A stretch of 64,000 nt of DNA from Octopus vulgaris (lineage: Eukaryota): contig OX597818.1 of assembly GCA_951406725.2 (NCBI GenBank), positions 7,750,001-7,814,000 of the forward strand, written 5' to 3'. The position numbers were made by a program, and so were the translations under genes. The notes under the pieces were generated by a model. The model worked only from the letters and a program-made list of their open reading frames with translations. It was not told where the DNA came from and searched no databases. Shown here in pieces: positions 31,610-46,941 of the stretch (position 1 is its first letter; every line of letters starts with the position of its first letter).

Positions 31610-32240
31610 GGGAGTGTCTCATGGCTGTGATGGTCACGCTTTTGATGAATTTAGGAAAAATCTCATTAATTCCTTCAGTCAATTAGACCCCAAAATCAAG
31701 GCTACTACTAAATCGTCTAAAGCTTATTTGTTAGATGTTTTCCTAGATTTAAATTCCCGTTCTTATAAGTCGTATCATAAGCCAAACGAGAAGCTCTCAT
31801 ACGTAATCAGTCCTGTCACCCACTATAACCTTTAAAAATCTAATAGTAACCTTAGTAATAGGATATATATTATATCTTCTTCTAAACAAATATTTGATAA
31901 AGCAGCCTCGTACTATATCAATACACTACCTAACAGCAGCTACAAAGATAAAATATATTACAACACACTAAGTAAAAATATGCATCGTAAAAATATACCA
32001 AAAAATAGATCTAGGAAAATTATTTGGTTTTCCCGTACTTTTTGTGTAGTAATAAAGACTAACGCAAGCAAGAAATTCCTGTCACTTTTAGATAAGCATT
32101 TTCTAATAAATAATAAATGCAAAAGATATTTTGACAGACGCTCAATACAAATATACAACATGAAGAACATTAGAACTCGCAAAAGGACGTTAAAAGCGAA
32201 AAGCCCTGAACGCGACGGAAAAAAGAAACTGTAAACCCAC
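31610..32240 (+). mobile_element. Penelope-like element fragment (RT C-terminus and linker)
   Basis: LLDVFLDLN...YKSYHKPNEKLSYV and RSRKIIWF...IKTN..KKFLSLLDKHF. Confidence 0.8.
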
Positions 32241-32349
32241 CCTTTTTTACTCTCTTCTTTTCTTTTCTCTCTTGTCCATGTATTCAGTTCAATATGATTG
32301 AACTTTCAGTAATCTACATATTGTTTTATATTCTTTGCCGATCATTACC

Positions 32350-32890
<541 letters not shown>

Positions 32891-32958
32891 TGAATATCTA
32901 ACTACGCAAATACGCAGGTGCGTTCGAAGTGACATATACATAAATGGACATAAATTTC

Positions 32959-33255
32959 TATACATACATATGTATGTATATACATATATATATATGTATA
33001 TGTAATTCATACATATATATATATGTGTATGAATTTATACATACTTCTGTGTATGTGTATATATATACACACACGCACACACATATATATATGCATATAT
33101 GTGTGTATGTGTGTGTATACATATATATATATATATATAAATATGTATGTTTGTATGCGTGTATATGTGTGTTTTTGTTCCTGTACATCTGTGTGTGTGT
33201 ATGTTTATATGTACGTGTGTATGTGTATATACATGTAAGTTTTATGTATGTGTGT
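32959..33255. repeat. Degenerate (TA/TG/CA)n low-complexity tract
   Basis: Alternating purine-pyrimidine sequence. Confidence 0.9.
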
Positions 33256-36200
33256 CCTCACACCCGTTGAGAAGATGTCATTCGAAGAATATTATGATCG
33301 TAATCTCGACGCTGAAATGTTACATTAAGTACACTGATTTTAATAACTTTTTATTCTCCCATAACTAACATTTCATTTTCAAAGACCGTTGCATGTATAA
33401 AGTAAATAAAATTTACAGGGAACGCATCATTTAATACACGTCAAAAATATTCTGAAAATGAATAAATGATAACGATAGCTATCCGTGTTTCAGTGAATGA
33501 CGACAAGTTATGATCTGTTGTTCTATCTTATGTTTACTTCCAGTTTTTGATTTTTTTAAAAATGTTACTCACCCTTGTGTAACTGATATGAGTTATAACA
33601 ATGCATATTAATAAGGCTATAGAATTTGCATGTTTATGTATGCACTCTAAGAACAAGTATCTTGGTTCATGAGTGCTTATCTCGTTGACTGCGTTTGTAG
33701 AAATATGGGTTATATGGTCTGCGTATGTTTGTCTGTGTCTGCATGTGTATATATATATATTAGTGTATCATTCAAAATGACAGTCGTGTTTTGATTTATA
33801 TATTTATGTAATATGTAATATGGGGGCACTTGCGGCAGTTTGAGCATACAACATAACATTTGTATTCGATGGTATGTGCATACTTTGCCTGGACAGCAAT
33901 AACGACAGAGTTTTACATGAGTGCCTGTAAACACTCATCTTTACACAGATAACTCGCCTACGCTCATATATACACAAACACAAGCATATATGCAGATTCA
34001 CTTGGTTACAAATACGCATAATAATTTATGTGTATGTTAAAGAAAGAAGTGAAAATATGTTTGTTATGGTAACCTCGAGAGAATTCTCTTTATACACTGT
34101 CAATCATTTGGCAATATTAATATTGGCGCTTAATCTTAGAACGTCTCTTCGAATAGAAAATGTCTTCTAACATCATTGACTACATACCACACCCTATAAC
34201 AACACCACACCTCCGCATTATCCTAAAGTCAAGCTTCGGCCATCTCTGCCCTACTCCTTGTTCGTAGTAATTTTATGTCTGTGGAAGGAGATTGTGAGCA
34301 GAGGTGGATGTCATCTAATTCAGGAGGTAGATGAATGTCCTAGATAGCAATGACAGCTGTCCTGCTCAAAATAAATGGGTAAGACATTTTAGCCGACCAG
34401 GGCACCGCAACGAACTGAACTGCTGACCTAATTTGAATGTGACACTCAGTATTGACTGGTGACAAAGATTTCTCTTTGTTTAGAATAATGCCTGCTCTAA
34501 GAACATTAAACATTGTCATAGTTGGAGGTCAAGGGGTTGAGAATTATTTTAGTTATTTAATTCCTAATACTGTCCAAGGCATCTCCAAAGAATTCCTTTC
34601 CGATGATCTGATATTGCATCTGGCATTGCTCACTAAGCAAACTTGAGATCTAGCCACAAGTCAGGATGAAATAATTTCCTATTTTATTTCTTTTCTATTT
34701 TTATTACATTGGTGTCTGACTTCTTTATTTTTTTAATTATCTTCCTCTCTGTGATGGAAAATGCCATTTTTACATATTATCTGAAATCCAGTACGCGTTT
34801 CATTTACACGAAAAATTTTATTATCAATATTGCGAACACTATTTTCTCTAGTTACAGGTTTGTTTAGAGTAATTCGACAAATGCATTACAATAACAAATA
34901 AATAAATAAAATTACTGAAACCTTTCATACTGTTTTCATTTTCCCTTAAACGCATTTATCTACTAATCTACTTATTATATATCAATGTGTTATTTTTCAT
35001 CTATAGAAGAATAAGAAGGAATTTTTGAGATATTCCGGGTTAAAATAACTTTATTGAATTTTCAATTTCTCTAGATTTGATGACCTATAGTGGTATTGAA
35101 TATACCGGATAATCGATTTGATGTTGAGGAACCATGACATTTACAACCGGGAAAACCTAACGAACACACAGAAAAGAAGATGAGTAGTACTTTTTATTTT
35201 AGATGGTATTGTGTCTCAAATAAAGCAACCGTTTTAGGCAAGGAAGTTCCAGCTGTTACCATCCAGTGTTTTCTGTATGAATATTTTCGCTTCATCCACT
35301 TTACACATTGAAATATTTTGTATTTTAACATAGTCACTAATGAGTTGAGATTTAACTGCTATTTCTACCATGTGTAGTGATCGATTAGACTCTGACATAT
35401 TACTGAATATTACCAAATATATTTTAGTACAAGAAAGGTAATACAATTTCCGAGGCTTTCATGCTTGTTATATGTCAGTAAATATTAATTGAAAAATGTT
35501 CACAACATAAAAAGTTTAGAAGTTGCAGTTCTTACTATGTAAGTTTGTGTGAGACGTATGTAACAGAGATTTTGGAGTTTAATTAGGTTGGTATTGATGA
35601 GAGAAAGAAAACGTTTATTCTTGTTAAAAACTAGAATCGTTGATCTGACAGTAAAATATACATTCTATAAGTGTACCAGATTGCTTTCGCATTTGATTAA
35701 GCTTCTGGCAAACCATCAGAGGATGTTTCGATATAAATCTCACATCTTTCGTTTCCTAATCCCTTTTAGAAAATTTTAGGAATTTACTTCTTCATTCCAA
35801 AGATAATCTTATTTGAGACATAACAGAAAGTGACTCATGAGGTCGACTGCGAGGTCATCACACATTTTGAATATTGGTGTTCTACTTTACACAGGAAAAG
35901 AAAACAAGTTAAGTGCTTGTTGGCGTATCTCTTCTTGGCGGTGTTGCATTGGTTCTATAATGAAACCACCAAAGTCATAGTGGTACGTAAGTACAGCTAA
36001 GTAATGTTAGAGTTCACTGGTGGGTGGTGTACTCTGCTTCTACTTCAGTATCTTAAAGAATAAAGTTCAGCTCTTCTCTTAGAAATAGATGACTTTGCTT
36101 CAAACATTGAACTCACTATGCGTACATTACATGATGGGAAATTATGAATAGGATTCAATTCCAATTCAATAGAGATATGACACCACAATGGATTTTGTCT

Positions 36201-36335
36201 TGTACCAGAATATACGCATATCATAGCTTATACCGGGGGATACAAAACATTTACCAAGGAATCTTAATAAATGAAATCCGTATATACTTATCTTGAATTT
36301 ACTTTGATTTTAGGCATTTTATAATATCAACATTT

Positions 36336-36417
36336 ATATGTTGATATCAGCAGCCCAATATAAACTACGTGGGACATATGTTGATATCAGAAACCCAATA
36401 TGAACTATGTGGGACAT
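36336..36417. repeat. 40-bp tandem duplication
   Basis: ATATGTTGATATCAG.A.CCCAATAT.AACTA.GTGGGAC occurs twice. Confidence 0.85.
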
Positions 36418-36948
36418 AGGAGTTGGCATCGAGAGCTGGAACGTGCTTCCTCTAAAGATCTTCAGAACTGATGCTAAACAAAAACAGGTACAAATAAATC
36501 TAGTCAGGATAGTTCTGAAACATTGAACATAATAGTTAATAATACTTTCTAACTTGGTATCAATACCACATTAACAGTTATTCATTACAACTATTACTTT
36601 TGCGGTGTGAATTGATTTTTCCAGTATAAATTAACTGAGGAAGTTTCAGTAATTTTTCCCCACTTTCAAACTTTGAATTAAAAATATGAATTGCATAAAA
36701 AAAAATCAAATCGAAACATTGAAAAATTGAAGAATAGACTTTAAGCACAAATTGAAGATCATGAATAGAATTCGGAATATTTTTACTTTGACTTATTTTT
36801 AAAATTCCCATTATATTTTAGATGTGTTTCAGTTTGATACAAATATTTTCCTTATTACTCCAATATCTGTGTATCAATATTACGCAGTTGTATAAACTTG
36901 GCAATTCAAAGTGAATAAAAATTGTCCTCCAAACAACCAATCTACCAA

Positions 36949-37038
<90 letters not shown>

Positions 37039-37060
37039 ATTGCTGCTGCTGCTGCTGCTG

Positions 37061-37126
<66 letters not shown>

Positions 37127-37221
37127 ATAATAATAATAATTCTCGTACTACTTCATATAATGATAATAACAATGCTGTTGCTGCTGCTGGTGGTACTACT
37201 ACTATTACTACTACTACTACA
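36949..37221. repeat. Compound (CTA)n(CTG)n(CTA)n(TAA)n microsatellite
   Basis: Visible tandem units. Confidence 0.95.
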
Positions 37222-39265
37222 CATACGCACACACAGACAAACACAAATAATCAGTAAAAAAAGATTAGAGAAAAATTTATGTACGTTTGAATCTTCTGTC
37301 ATTGCATATGCTACATTACAAATTGTATTAATATTTGAAGCTGTGATCAATGACTGGAATTAACCTTATTCCATTGTATTTTTCTGTTATAGACTGATCT
37401 GTTATACTGATAATATAATCTATATTAAGTTCATATCAGAAGGTCTGTTTAACACACGGTAACAGACTATGTGGAAGAAGTGGGAGATTCAGAGAATTAT
37501 CGAACTGGAATGAAATGAGGAGCAAACACGATCAAAGAATCGGTAATATAAAAGCAAATTTTCTTTCTTTTTTTTTATATAACTTAATGACAAAAAGTTC
37601 AGGGAGAAAAAAGAACAACAAAGAATGAAAACGAATAAAAGAATACTAAATGAAAACAGGAGGATTTTAATTCAATTTTAATGAATTCTTCTGATTTTTG
37701 TATTCTGATTAAAGTCTGCAATATTTCTCTTTTCATGCTATGAAGACATAATTTATTGTTTCTTTGGTGAAGCAGAGATATTAATGTTTTGTTTGTCTAT
37801 TGTTATTTATGTTAAATCAAGTGAGACAAAGAACTGCTAGTGAATTAACCTTAGAGAAAAGATATGGGACACTCCTTACACATAGTTACATAAATACGCA
37901 GTCAAACAACTAAACACACGTGTACGAACAGTCACACAAATGCGCACACATATCACCGTACAAATATAAAAACCCAGTCATGCAAACATATATAGACACA
38001 GAAACACGTATAGACTTTAAAGAACCAAACACACACTTTCACATAAATATAAGAACAGTATACCGCTGCACCTTCCATAGCTAGACAAACGTCCGTGCTG
38101 TAAAACCAAGAGACATATACATATATGTATCTATAATCACACATATACATATGCATATGTGTGTATATGTATGTGTGCATAGTTACACTCACACATAATG
38201 AGGCACACATAAATATAATCACATATATTACACACACACACACACACACACATGTGAATATGTTATATATTATACACATACATATGTAAGTCTATACTCT
38301 TGTAGGAAACACATCGCACAGAATTACACAAATGCCTAAATATTTATACATAAAAGTCAAGTAAGTATAAAACACTGTACAGAAGTTCGGTCTGTAATAA
38401 ATAGCTAAATCGACATGAAATTCTTACTGAAGATCTTAAAGGAATGATTTCGATATATGTTCCAAAAGAAACTGTTTAAAAAGGATAGAGGAGTTTGGTT
38501 TGAAAAATATCTGACTGTAAGAATGCTCAAACAGGATCGATATGAGACTTTCCAAGATATATTATATATCTTCGTTGCTCAACTTATCGTTTGATGCAGT
38601 TTTCCTAAAGCCTTATTACTCCCACACTCACTTCCGCTAACTTTTGAAACGTTTTAGATTTTATAAATATAGTAGGTCAGCAGAAAACTAATTAGATCTA
38701 GAAATATTGAAACGAATTTGTATGAAGCTTGCTTTGCTCTGTCATTGGGTTCATACATCTAAAAGAAGAAAAACGCATTCTCAGGCCCACATTGGTGGGT
38801 GTTGTTTACCTACGATTTTAGTCATGATTTAGTAGATATCTGTCTCAGTGGTGAGCATCTAGAATTTTAATGTTAATAGAAATTTATATTGTTCATGTTC
38901 ATGTTTTTAACATGATTATCTCTCAGTCACAAATCAGCATTCGAACTCACTGGTACCATAAGCAATACTGCTGCATACTGTTGTTGTAGAGTACCTCGGG
39001 TTGTTCGAAGACAATCAGCAGAATGAAATTTATGCGCTTTCGACCTGAAGATTACGTGGGATAATCAAATGCAAGCTCTATCATCATGAATAAGTAGTGC
39101 GGCTGATCGAAATGAAATTGTCAGTTGATCTAATGAATCACCTTGTATACCGTTATATAACGTGATTTACATGTTGTCGAAATGGTGAGTATTGTAGCAT
39201 GAGAGCATGTTGAGGCTCCCTTGTCGATTTATGTAGTAGTGGTAGTAGCAGCATCAGTAGTAGTA

Positions 39266-39297
<32 letters not shown>

Positions 39298-39434
39298 TGG
39301 TGTTGTTGTGCTAGTTGTAGCTTTTATAGCTTCGCAAAACATTACTTAAAATATTTAGAGCTGTAATCATTACGTGTGTGTGTGTATATGTTTGTATGCG
39401 TTGTGTGTGTGTTCATATATATATGTATATATAT

Positions 39435-39562
39435 ATATAAGAAGTTTGCTTCCTAATTCCACTGAGTAATACCTTGGGTAGCTGTCTTTGACCATAGCGT
39501 CGGCTTGACCCAACGCCTTGTGAGTGGATTTGGTAGGCGGAAACTGAAAGAAACCCGTCGTA
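39435..39562 (+). mobile_element. SINE, family B, fragment
   Basis: gccttgtgagtggatttggtaggcggaaactgaaagaaacccgtcgta. Confidence 0.8.
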
Positions 39563-39595
39563 AAAGATATATATATATATATATATATATATTTC

Positions 39596-40580
39596 TTGCC
39601 AAATTTCATGGTGTAATCTCAAAATGTCAGGCTTTGATGATTCTTTCTTTTCCTTTTTATGAAGTGTCCTTTCCATTATGCCCAAAGGTGTTCAATGGGG
39701 TCCATATCTGGTAACTCGCTTAACCATGGGAGCGTTATAATGCCATTTTCTTCCAACCAATCTTCCTTCACTTTAGCCATGTGACAAGGAACCGCTTGAT
39801 TAAGGAGTGTCTTCTTTAATCATTCCATCACTGGAGAAGATTGGAAGGAGTCCTTTCTGCAATATGGACACATTTATCTGAGTTTATGCGTCCTCCACAC
39901 TCCACCAGCTCTGATCGACCATTGCTTGATATTGCGCCCCAGATATCACAGAAAAGCTGCCGTGTTTCATTGTTGGCTGCAATCGTTTCACGTCAAATTC
40001 TTAATTACAAAATCTCGAGACCTACACTCGACCACTGTCTAGAAATACATCAAATCTGGACTCATCAGAGAATATGACAGTGTCCCCACTATCTCATTGG
40101 CCCAAACGTTTCTCCACTTGATATTGGCTGGTTGAAGAAGTAGCTTCCTTCTTGCAGCACTATCATAGAAGCCAAGTTCTTGGAGATACCTGACAGCTGC
40201 TCTGGGATTGACATCAAATTGTTCTTCTATGTCAGGGGCCTTGCAATGAGGATTACCCTCTTAACAAAGCTAAGAGTCTTGTCAGAGGGCTTTGGTCAAC
40301 TTGAGTGAGGTGATGTGGAATCCTTTCCCTTTCTGGTGAATTGCACAATCAGAGGGATCGCAATGCTTTCTGGTATTTTATGTTAAGCCCACCTTCAGAT
40401 TGAACCACAATACTGCCTCTTTCAAATTCGGAGAGTTCCAAGGCTTCTTTTTTATGTGACATAATTAAGCAGTCTCACATAGAACTTGAAACCTAAAAAA
40501 ATGTCAATTAATAAAAAAATAAATATTTTTCAAGTTAAAATAGATATAAAGCGATGTTTTATGGGGTGTCTACTTCTGTT
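39596..40580 (-). mobile_element. Tc1-like transposon relic
   Basis: Broken minus-strand frames at 39680-39800 give PCHMAKVKEDWLEENGIITLPW..ELPDMDPIEHLW, which corresponds to WP..SPDLNPIE.LW. The extent beyond 39830 is inferred. Confidence 0.65.
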
Positions 40581-40675
40581 ACGTCTGTGTCTGTGTGTCT
40601 GTGTGTATAATTTTATATGTACACATATACATACATATATACATACATTCATACGCACACATGCATGTATATATA

Positions 40676-40881
40676 CATCGCCATGATAGATCGTTAGCCA
40701 CTACACACATTTTTTTCTCTCCTTGTTTCTCTCCTTGTTTTTTTCTGTGTACCTTTCTGTAGAAGAGCGTAAGCTCGAAACGTAAAAGACTTTTTCTATT
40801 CCTGAGCGTTATACTAATACATCTGTTTGTTTTGTACACCACCTGTCTTCGTCTTTTGTTGTGTTTTTTTTCGTAAACTTT

Positions 40882-40884
<3 letters not shown>
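40676..40884 (+). mobile_element. ~200-bp dispersed repeat with a minimal hammerhead-like motif (copy 1)
   Basis: Homologous copies lie at 41370-41540 (-) and 58088-58270 (+). This copy is followed by (TA)n. Confidence 0.75.
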
Positions 40885-40951
<67 letters not shown>

Positions 40952-41369
40952 AACACATATGCATATGTTTCGTGTATATGCTATAACATCCACCTGGCGC
41001 AGTGAAGAATACTCACTCAGAAGAGCCGGGTTTCTCGCTTGTCCTTGACTCTAAGCTGCTTTTACACCAACCGCTTGATGAGAGTATTCTCCATCACACC
41101 ATTAGAAGCTTATAGGCAAATACATGAACCATATTCGTTAAGTATATCAGATAGAAAATGTTTATTATATTGTTGTTGCTATTATTTCATGTTTAGTTAT
41201 ATTTTAGAGGCATTTCCTTGCACAGATACCAGTACACCAGGCAAAGATTAGTGCACGGGTCATGTGAGCAAAATTACTGATATGTTTTTTTTTCGATTTC
41301 ACCACTTCTCTTACACATGTCTATTTAGCTCCTACTACAAAGATACTTATCATGCCCTCTCTATATATA

Positions 41370-41540
41370 GTTTAAATTTATAGAAAAACAAAAGACGTAG
41401 ACAGGTGTATAAACAACAAGCAGGTGTATTATCCTGACGCTCGGTAAGTCGAGAATATATTTTACGTTTCGAGCCTACGCTCTTCAACAGAAAGGAACAC
41501 GAGGAAATAAATAGAGAAATAATAAAAAGAAAGAGAATAT
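41370..41540 (-). mobile_element. Same repeat, copy 2
   Basis: tttacgtttcgagcctacgctcttcaacagaaagg is the reverse complement of the 40753 motif. Confidence 0.75.
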
Positions 41541-43409
41541 ACACATATATTGCCTGAGAGAATAAGAGGAAGCAACTCGTTCGAATTTTGTTATATTTTA
41601 TTCATTATGGCCGTTTCAGAAATCTATGATATGTGAGTATTCATTTATCTTGATTATCAATCTGAATTGACGAATACGAACACCATTCATCTAGTTTTCT
41701 CTATACTACCTTATTCTCTTAATATTACTTAACAGCAACTTTAACGTATGCAAACGTAAATATGGATGTGAATAATCTCTGCCATTGATTTGTTTACCAT
41801 ATAGCACCAGTAACTTGGGGCATTTTTGATGCGGTAGATTTATGGTCCAAATATTTTCCCTTTAGCACACACACTGGCTGCATTCTGAACGAATCTTCCG
41901 TTCTCTGTTTATCTTACAGATAAACTAAAAGAGTTAAACTTATTTTTCTCAGCTGCTATATGGAATATTCTTGATAAATATACACACTTTTCTCAGTTTG
42001 TGTCTGGCCTAAAATTGGCGTTCATAACTAACCAGAAGTTAGTTATTCTTCTTTTGATTATCTGACGTTATACAGTGAATATATCAACCGCCTTTGCGAC
42101 AATTACAACATAGTAACATTTTATACATCGTTGAAACATGTGTAAGGCTTATGTAATTTATAATTTTATACCAAACAGCAAAAGAATTTTACCGAATTTT
42201 CAGATTAACTCTGATCTTGTGTGTGTATGTGTGGGGCATATATGTGTGTGGGGCATATGTGTGTGTGTATATGGGAACATTATAACCAATCGAAAATGCC
42301 AGTGCTTTTGACATGCACACATGTAAAGGGGATGATCGTCAGTAACAGTACTTGTGTGCACTGTTACTGATCGTCTCATGTACATTAAATATATGATCTC
42401 AAACACTCAAAATTAAATCATATTCACTTACTCTGAAACACATTCTGGTGCATAGAAATATGCACACAAAAAGACACAGACACACATGCACACACACACG
42501 CAACACACACACGTATGTCTGTAAGTACAAAAGTACTCACAGGCATGGACGGAAGGACGGATAGGGAAAACATTAAATATAAGCACCATGTACCTTACAT
42601 TTTCGATGAACCAACGTGACAATCTCGATGAATTTTAAAAAGTTACTTGAAATTGAACGTACATAAACTTGTGCCTTAAAAAATGAAGGGACTGAGAATT
42701 TAACGACGTAATAGATACATTAATAGAATAAATTGATAGTCACAGCGGAAACATCTTACATTACAGTGTTGCGTAGGATTGACTGTTATATTATTTATTG
42801 GTGACTATCAGGAAAAAAGAAAAACAAAACAAAAATAATTCGACAAAATAAACTATGTGGGCGGTATGAATTGAGAATCAGAATTTTATAAGTAAAGCTG
42901 ACTTCATTACATTTCAGTCACACCTTCTTGTCATTTTCACAGTTTATTTGTGACATTATTTTATTTTCAATGACTTCAGCCATGTTTAATATATGCAACG
43001 TCATTGATTTAAGTTAAGTTGTAGGACAATAGAGATGACTTTATAATTCTGCTTCATTTCTTTTTTGCCATAAAAACTTAAGCACACAAAACAAATCAAC
43101 TGAAATCCAATTAGAGATGAGCGATATCGTAAGAGGACATACACACGCATATACTCATACAACCATAGTTATATATATATATACATACACATACTGACAT
43201 ATGTATATATGCATATGTGTGTGTGTGTGTGAAGATACGGGGAAAGAACGTGAGAGACAGTACATAGACACATACATACATATTCACACATACAGAGTTG
43301 TATGTATATATGTGTGTGTATGTGTGCGTATGTACGTATGTATGTATATTTGTATGTGCAGATTTGTATGTTTTATGTATGTATTCTCATGCATATAGTT
43401 GCATATCTA

Positions 43410-46290
43410 GACATGCTCATAAATACGTAAATGAAAATCATCTGGAAAGTTTTTCAGATTTTTTCAGTTCATGTAAGGGATTGGATTTGTATTTTTCGAA
43501 TTAACTTTCTGCATTCTGGTTTTGAGAAATGTAATTTCTCAAGATTGTTATTTAGGCAGTGTGTTACCTATCCAAGTATCCCAATAATTACAGGCATAAA
43601 ACTGAACTTGTAATCTGGATAAAGTAACTGCAAATTTCTCATTAGTTCAGCATAGGTGTTCTCTTTTTCACTGATCTTCAGCTTTATGTTAACATCCACT
43701 GGCAGCTAATTTCTACAACTATACACAGTTCCTCTTCCCTATCCCAAATCATTATATCAGGTCTGTTGTGCTTACATTTTATTGGGGTCTTCACTGGTAC
43801 GTTGCACCAGTATTTCGTTTTATTACGTGCTATAGAGTGCCCTAACTACAACGTCATATCTCATTGGTAGATAATACCGTGATGAGATTTTCGGACAACT
43901 GATTATGATGTAGATGATATATTCAGTATGGACTCCACAAAGACTTCATCGGTTGTCACATTTTACGGCTTTTCCTGCATGTCTATCCCTTTTGTGTATC
44001 AGGTACCTGGTTGATATTTCCTGTTCCTTGATTGCAAACGCATACCCTTCAAAGTGTTGGGGTAGGAATCCTGCTATTGGTTCATGATAAACTGCTTTGA
44101 TGATCGATCATCACAGTGCTTTCTACTAACATATCCATGCATAGTCTTCTGCTTATACATGCTCATCCTATCATCTGATGATACGTTGAGGTGGAGTGGT
44201 GGAACTTCTTTGGGCATGAATTCTAGGTTATCAGACTAAGAGTGTTGCTCAAGGAACTACCGTCCAAATCTTATGATGTTATCAAACCTCATGTATGCCA
44301 ACTTGGTCAAGGGATGCACTTCGACACATTCAAAGGCATTTTGGATCGACGTTAAGCCCCTGCCGCCTTGTTTTCGTTTCAAGCATGGCGGTCTACGTCA
44401 CTGTTTATGTGGAAATTATGTGTGCTTGTTAATATTTTTCAGGTTTTCACATCAATGGCTCGGATCTCATCAAGCGTCCATTCAAGCAACCCAAATGTTG
44501 GTATGAGTACTGGCACTGTAAACACATTGTGGGCCACTTTTTTATTGAATGCAGTGAGTTCTGAGGTCAAAATTGTGTTTATTCGGCTGTAGTATTCTTT
44601 AGTGTCACACGTGTTTTGTTACAGGTGCCATTGCAATATATATTTTCATCCACCCTTAGATACTTGTAACATTCCCCGTCAGCTACAGGGGAAACAGTTA
44701 GATCATTGACTGAGATGTTGCTGATCTCGTTTATAGTTTTCCCCACTTTTCATAACCGTATAGCAACAATTATCCTTTGAGAATGTTGTAACTAGGTCAA
44801 TGCTCTTTTTTCATTTCATGCATATTCTTTGCATAAAACTTTAAGTTATCCATAAAGAAACAATGTTTTAATTTAGGTATTTTTGTTTCTTTGTGATCCA
44901 GTGAGATACTCTTCAGACTTCCTTAACATGAATGACAAGGCGTTTATAGAAAGCATAAACAACATCACAGAGAGGCTCTATTCTATCGGTGATAATACAA
45001 TCACTCTTTGTGTTTAATTTCAAGATGGTGGCCCACGATGAAGTCAGGTCAGCTATGGCTTTGACTATTCCCACTGGAACCTTAATAAGTTGAAGGGCTT
45101 CTCGCATCCATGAGTGGGGAACAAAGTTAAAGGCTTTCTTGTAATCTAGCGACATTAAAACTAGGTTCCCCTTATACCCTCGCACCCTGACATCAGAGTT
45201 TTGTTGATTAACAATTGCTCGGTACATCCCCAGACTCTATTCTTCCCAGATGATTGTTCTGCTGTGATAATGTTATTCGTTTCAAAATGGTCCCGGAGGA
45301 ATGGCTTTAAACATGCTGTGTATATCTTATACATTACGTTTTGACATGCAATTGGCTGGTTTGTGGTCATGGGGCTGGTTCTACATTTGAGGATCAATTT
45401 TGTCTCTGCCAGAGCTAACCAGTGTGGCATGCTACTGTTCCCAATGAAAGATTGATAAGATATGGTGGGTAGAATGTTGACTTCTTGTAACTATATCCAA
45501 CAATGAAGTCTCTTCCAGGTGCTTCTCCATTCTGTAGTTCTGGAGTTGCAAGAGTTTCACCATCAATATTGTAAGTCTTGGATTTAACGCAAGAGCAATA
45601 ACTTTTTCGGATTTCTTCCAGCCTCGGAGGATCTTTGTTAAATTCATTCTCTTCTCACCAGATTTTCCTCCAGAAGGAGTCTATGTCTTCTCGTGAAGAA
45701 GCTTCGAGATGTTTACTGTTCCTCCTCTCATGTCTCTATAAACTGCTGCCTGGTTCCGCTTAAAAGTTTTGTTTATTGTTCTCTCGGCTATTCTCTTCTG
45801 ATGTCGAAGATTTTTCATTGACAGCTTTTAGCTCCTGCTTGAGGGTAATCTGTTTGCGAGTGAATGTCCTCTTTTGCGGGCTCCAAACATCATTGGTATC
45901 TCCTTCATTATTTTCTCTTGGTGGGACGTATAGCGATTTGCTTGTTTGCATGCAATAAGCATCATTACATGACTGAAGGTCTTCAGTAAACAAGATATAG
46001 TTTTTACTGTCTTCAAAACCTATGATGGTACTTTCGGTTTTGAATATCATTCATGAATATCATTCATGTACTGTAATAGCCAGAGCATACAGACATGCGT
46101 TAATCTGCCAATATGTGGGTTCATCACACTGTTGTAAATATTCATCACCAATTTCGTTAGCAGTTTTTAATACCGTATCTTGTGGTGTTTTACTTACTTT
46201 GGCAGAGAATATTCTCTTCTTGAGACAGTCAATCAAATCCAAAGTTAATTTTTCTCGGAAAATTCAAGTAAGGGCATATTTCACCAGTAT
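43410..46290 (-). mobile_element. Near full-length, heavily degraded R4-clade LINE of a distinct family
   Basis: PIACQNVMYKIYT...EQ..GK...WGCTEQLLINK, LDYKKAFNFVPHSW and KHNRPDIMIWDREEELCIVVEISC. (CTA)n lies on the 5' side at 46307-46376. Confidence 0.88.
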
Positions 46291-46300
46291 GTAATCCTGA

Positions 46301-46376
<76 letters not shown>

Positions 46377-46861
46377 AATAATCATTGCGTTTGTGCCTTC
46401 TACTTACCATAGTCGTAGTAGGGGAACAGTGGTCAGTTACTTGAGCCAGTAATGTAGCTTGGCCGGCAGGCAATACGGAATCTTTAAGAATGTCGCTAGC
46501 TGTGAAACCACATGGTAGTCTTATATCATTCACGTTTTGATTTTTTAACGTAGAGTTGCGAAGAAGGTTAATTTTGAATTTTTTAATAAAGTTAGAGTTA
46601 CTAACCTTCTTTCTATTCTGTACAAATGTATGTATGTAAGTGCGTGTGCGTGTATTTTCGAGGTTGGAACACAAAATATCTGGATACGTACCTACGTATA
46701 TATAAATTCATTCATACTATGTGCCATAAATGAATATGTGCAATGCTATCGGCCCAAGCAATATTTGGTGTAGTATAAAAATTCTTTGGACATACTGGAG
46801 CCCACTCATCTTGTAATCCGTTTGTTTATATGTATATACATGTAAATGTGAATGTCTATAT

Positions 46862-46941
<80 letters not shown>

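Noticed and set aside
32200-32240. CTGAACG...GAAACTGTA after the PLE fragment
   Set aside because: The position is suggestive, but the core is mismatched and no stems pair.
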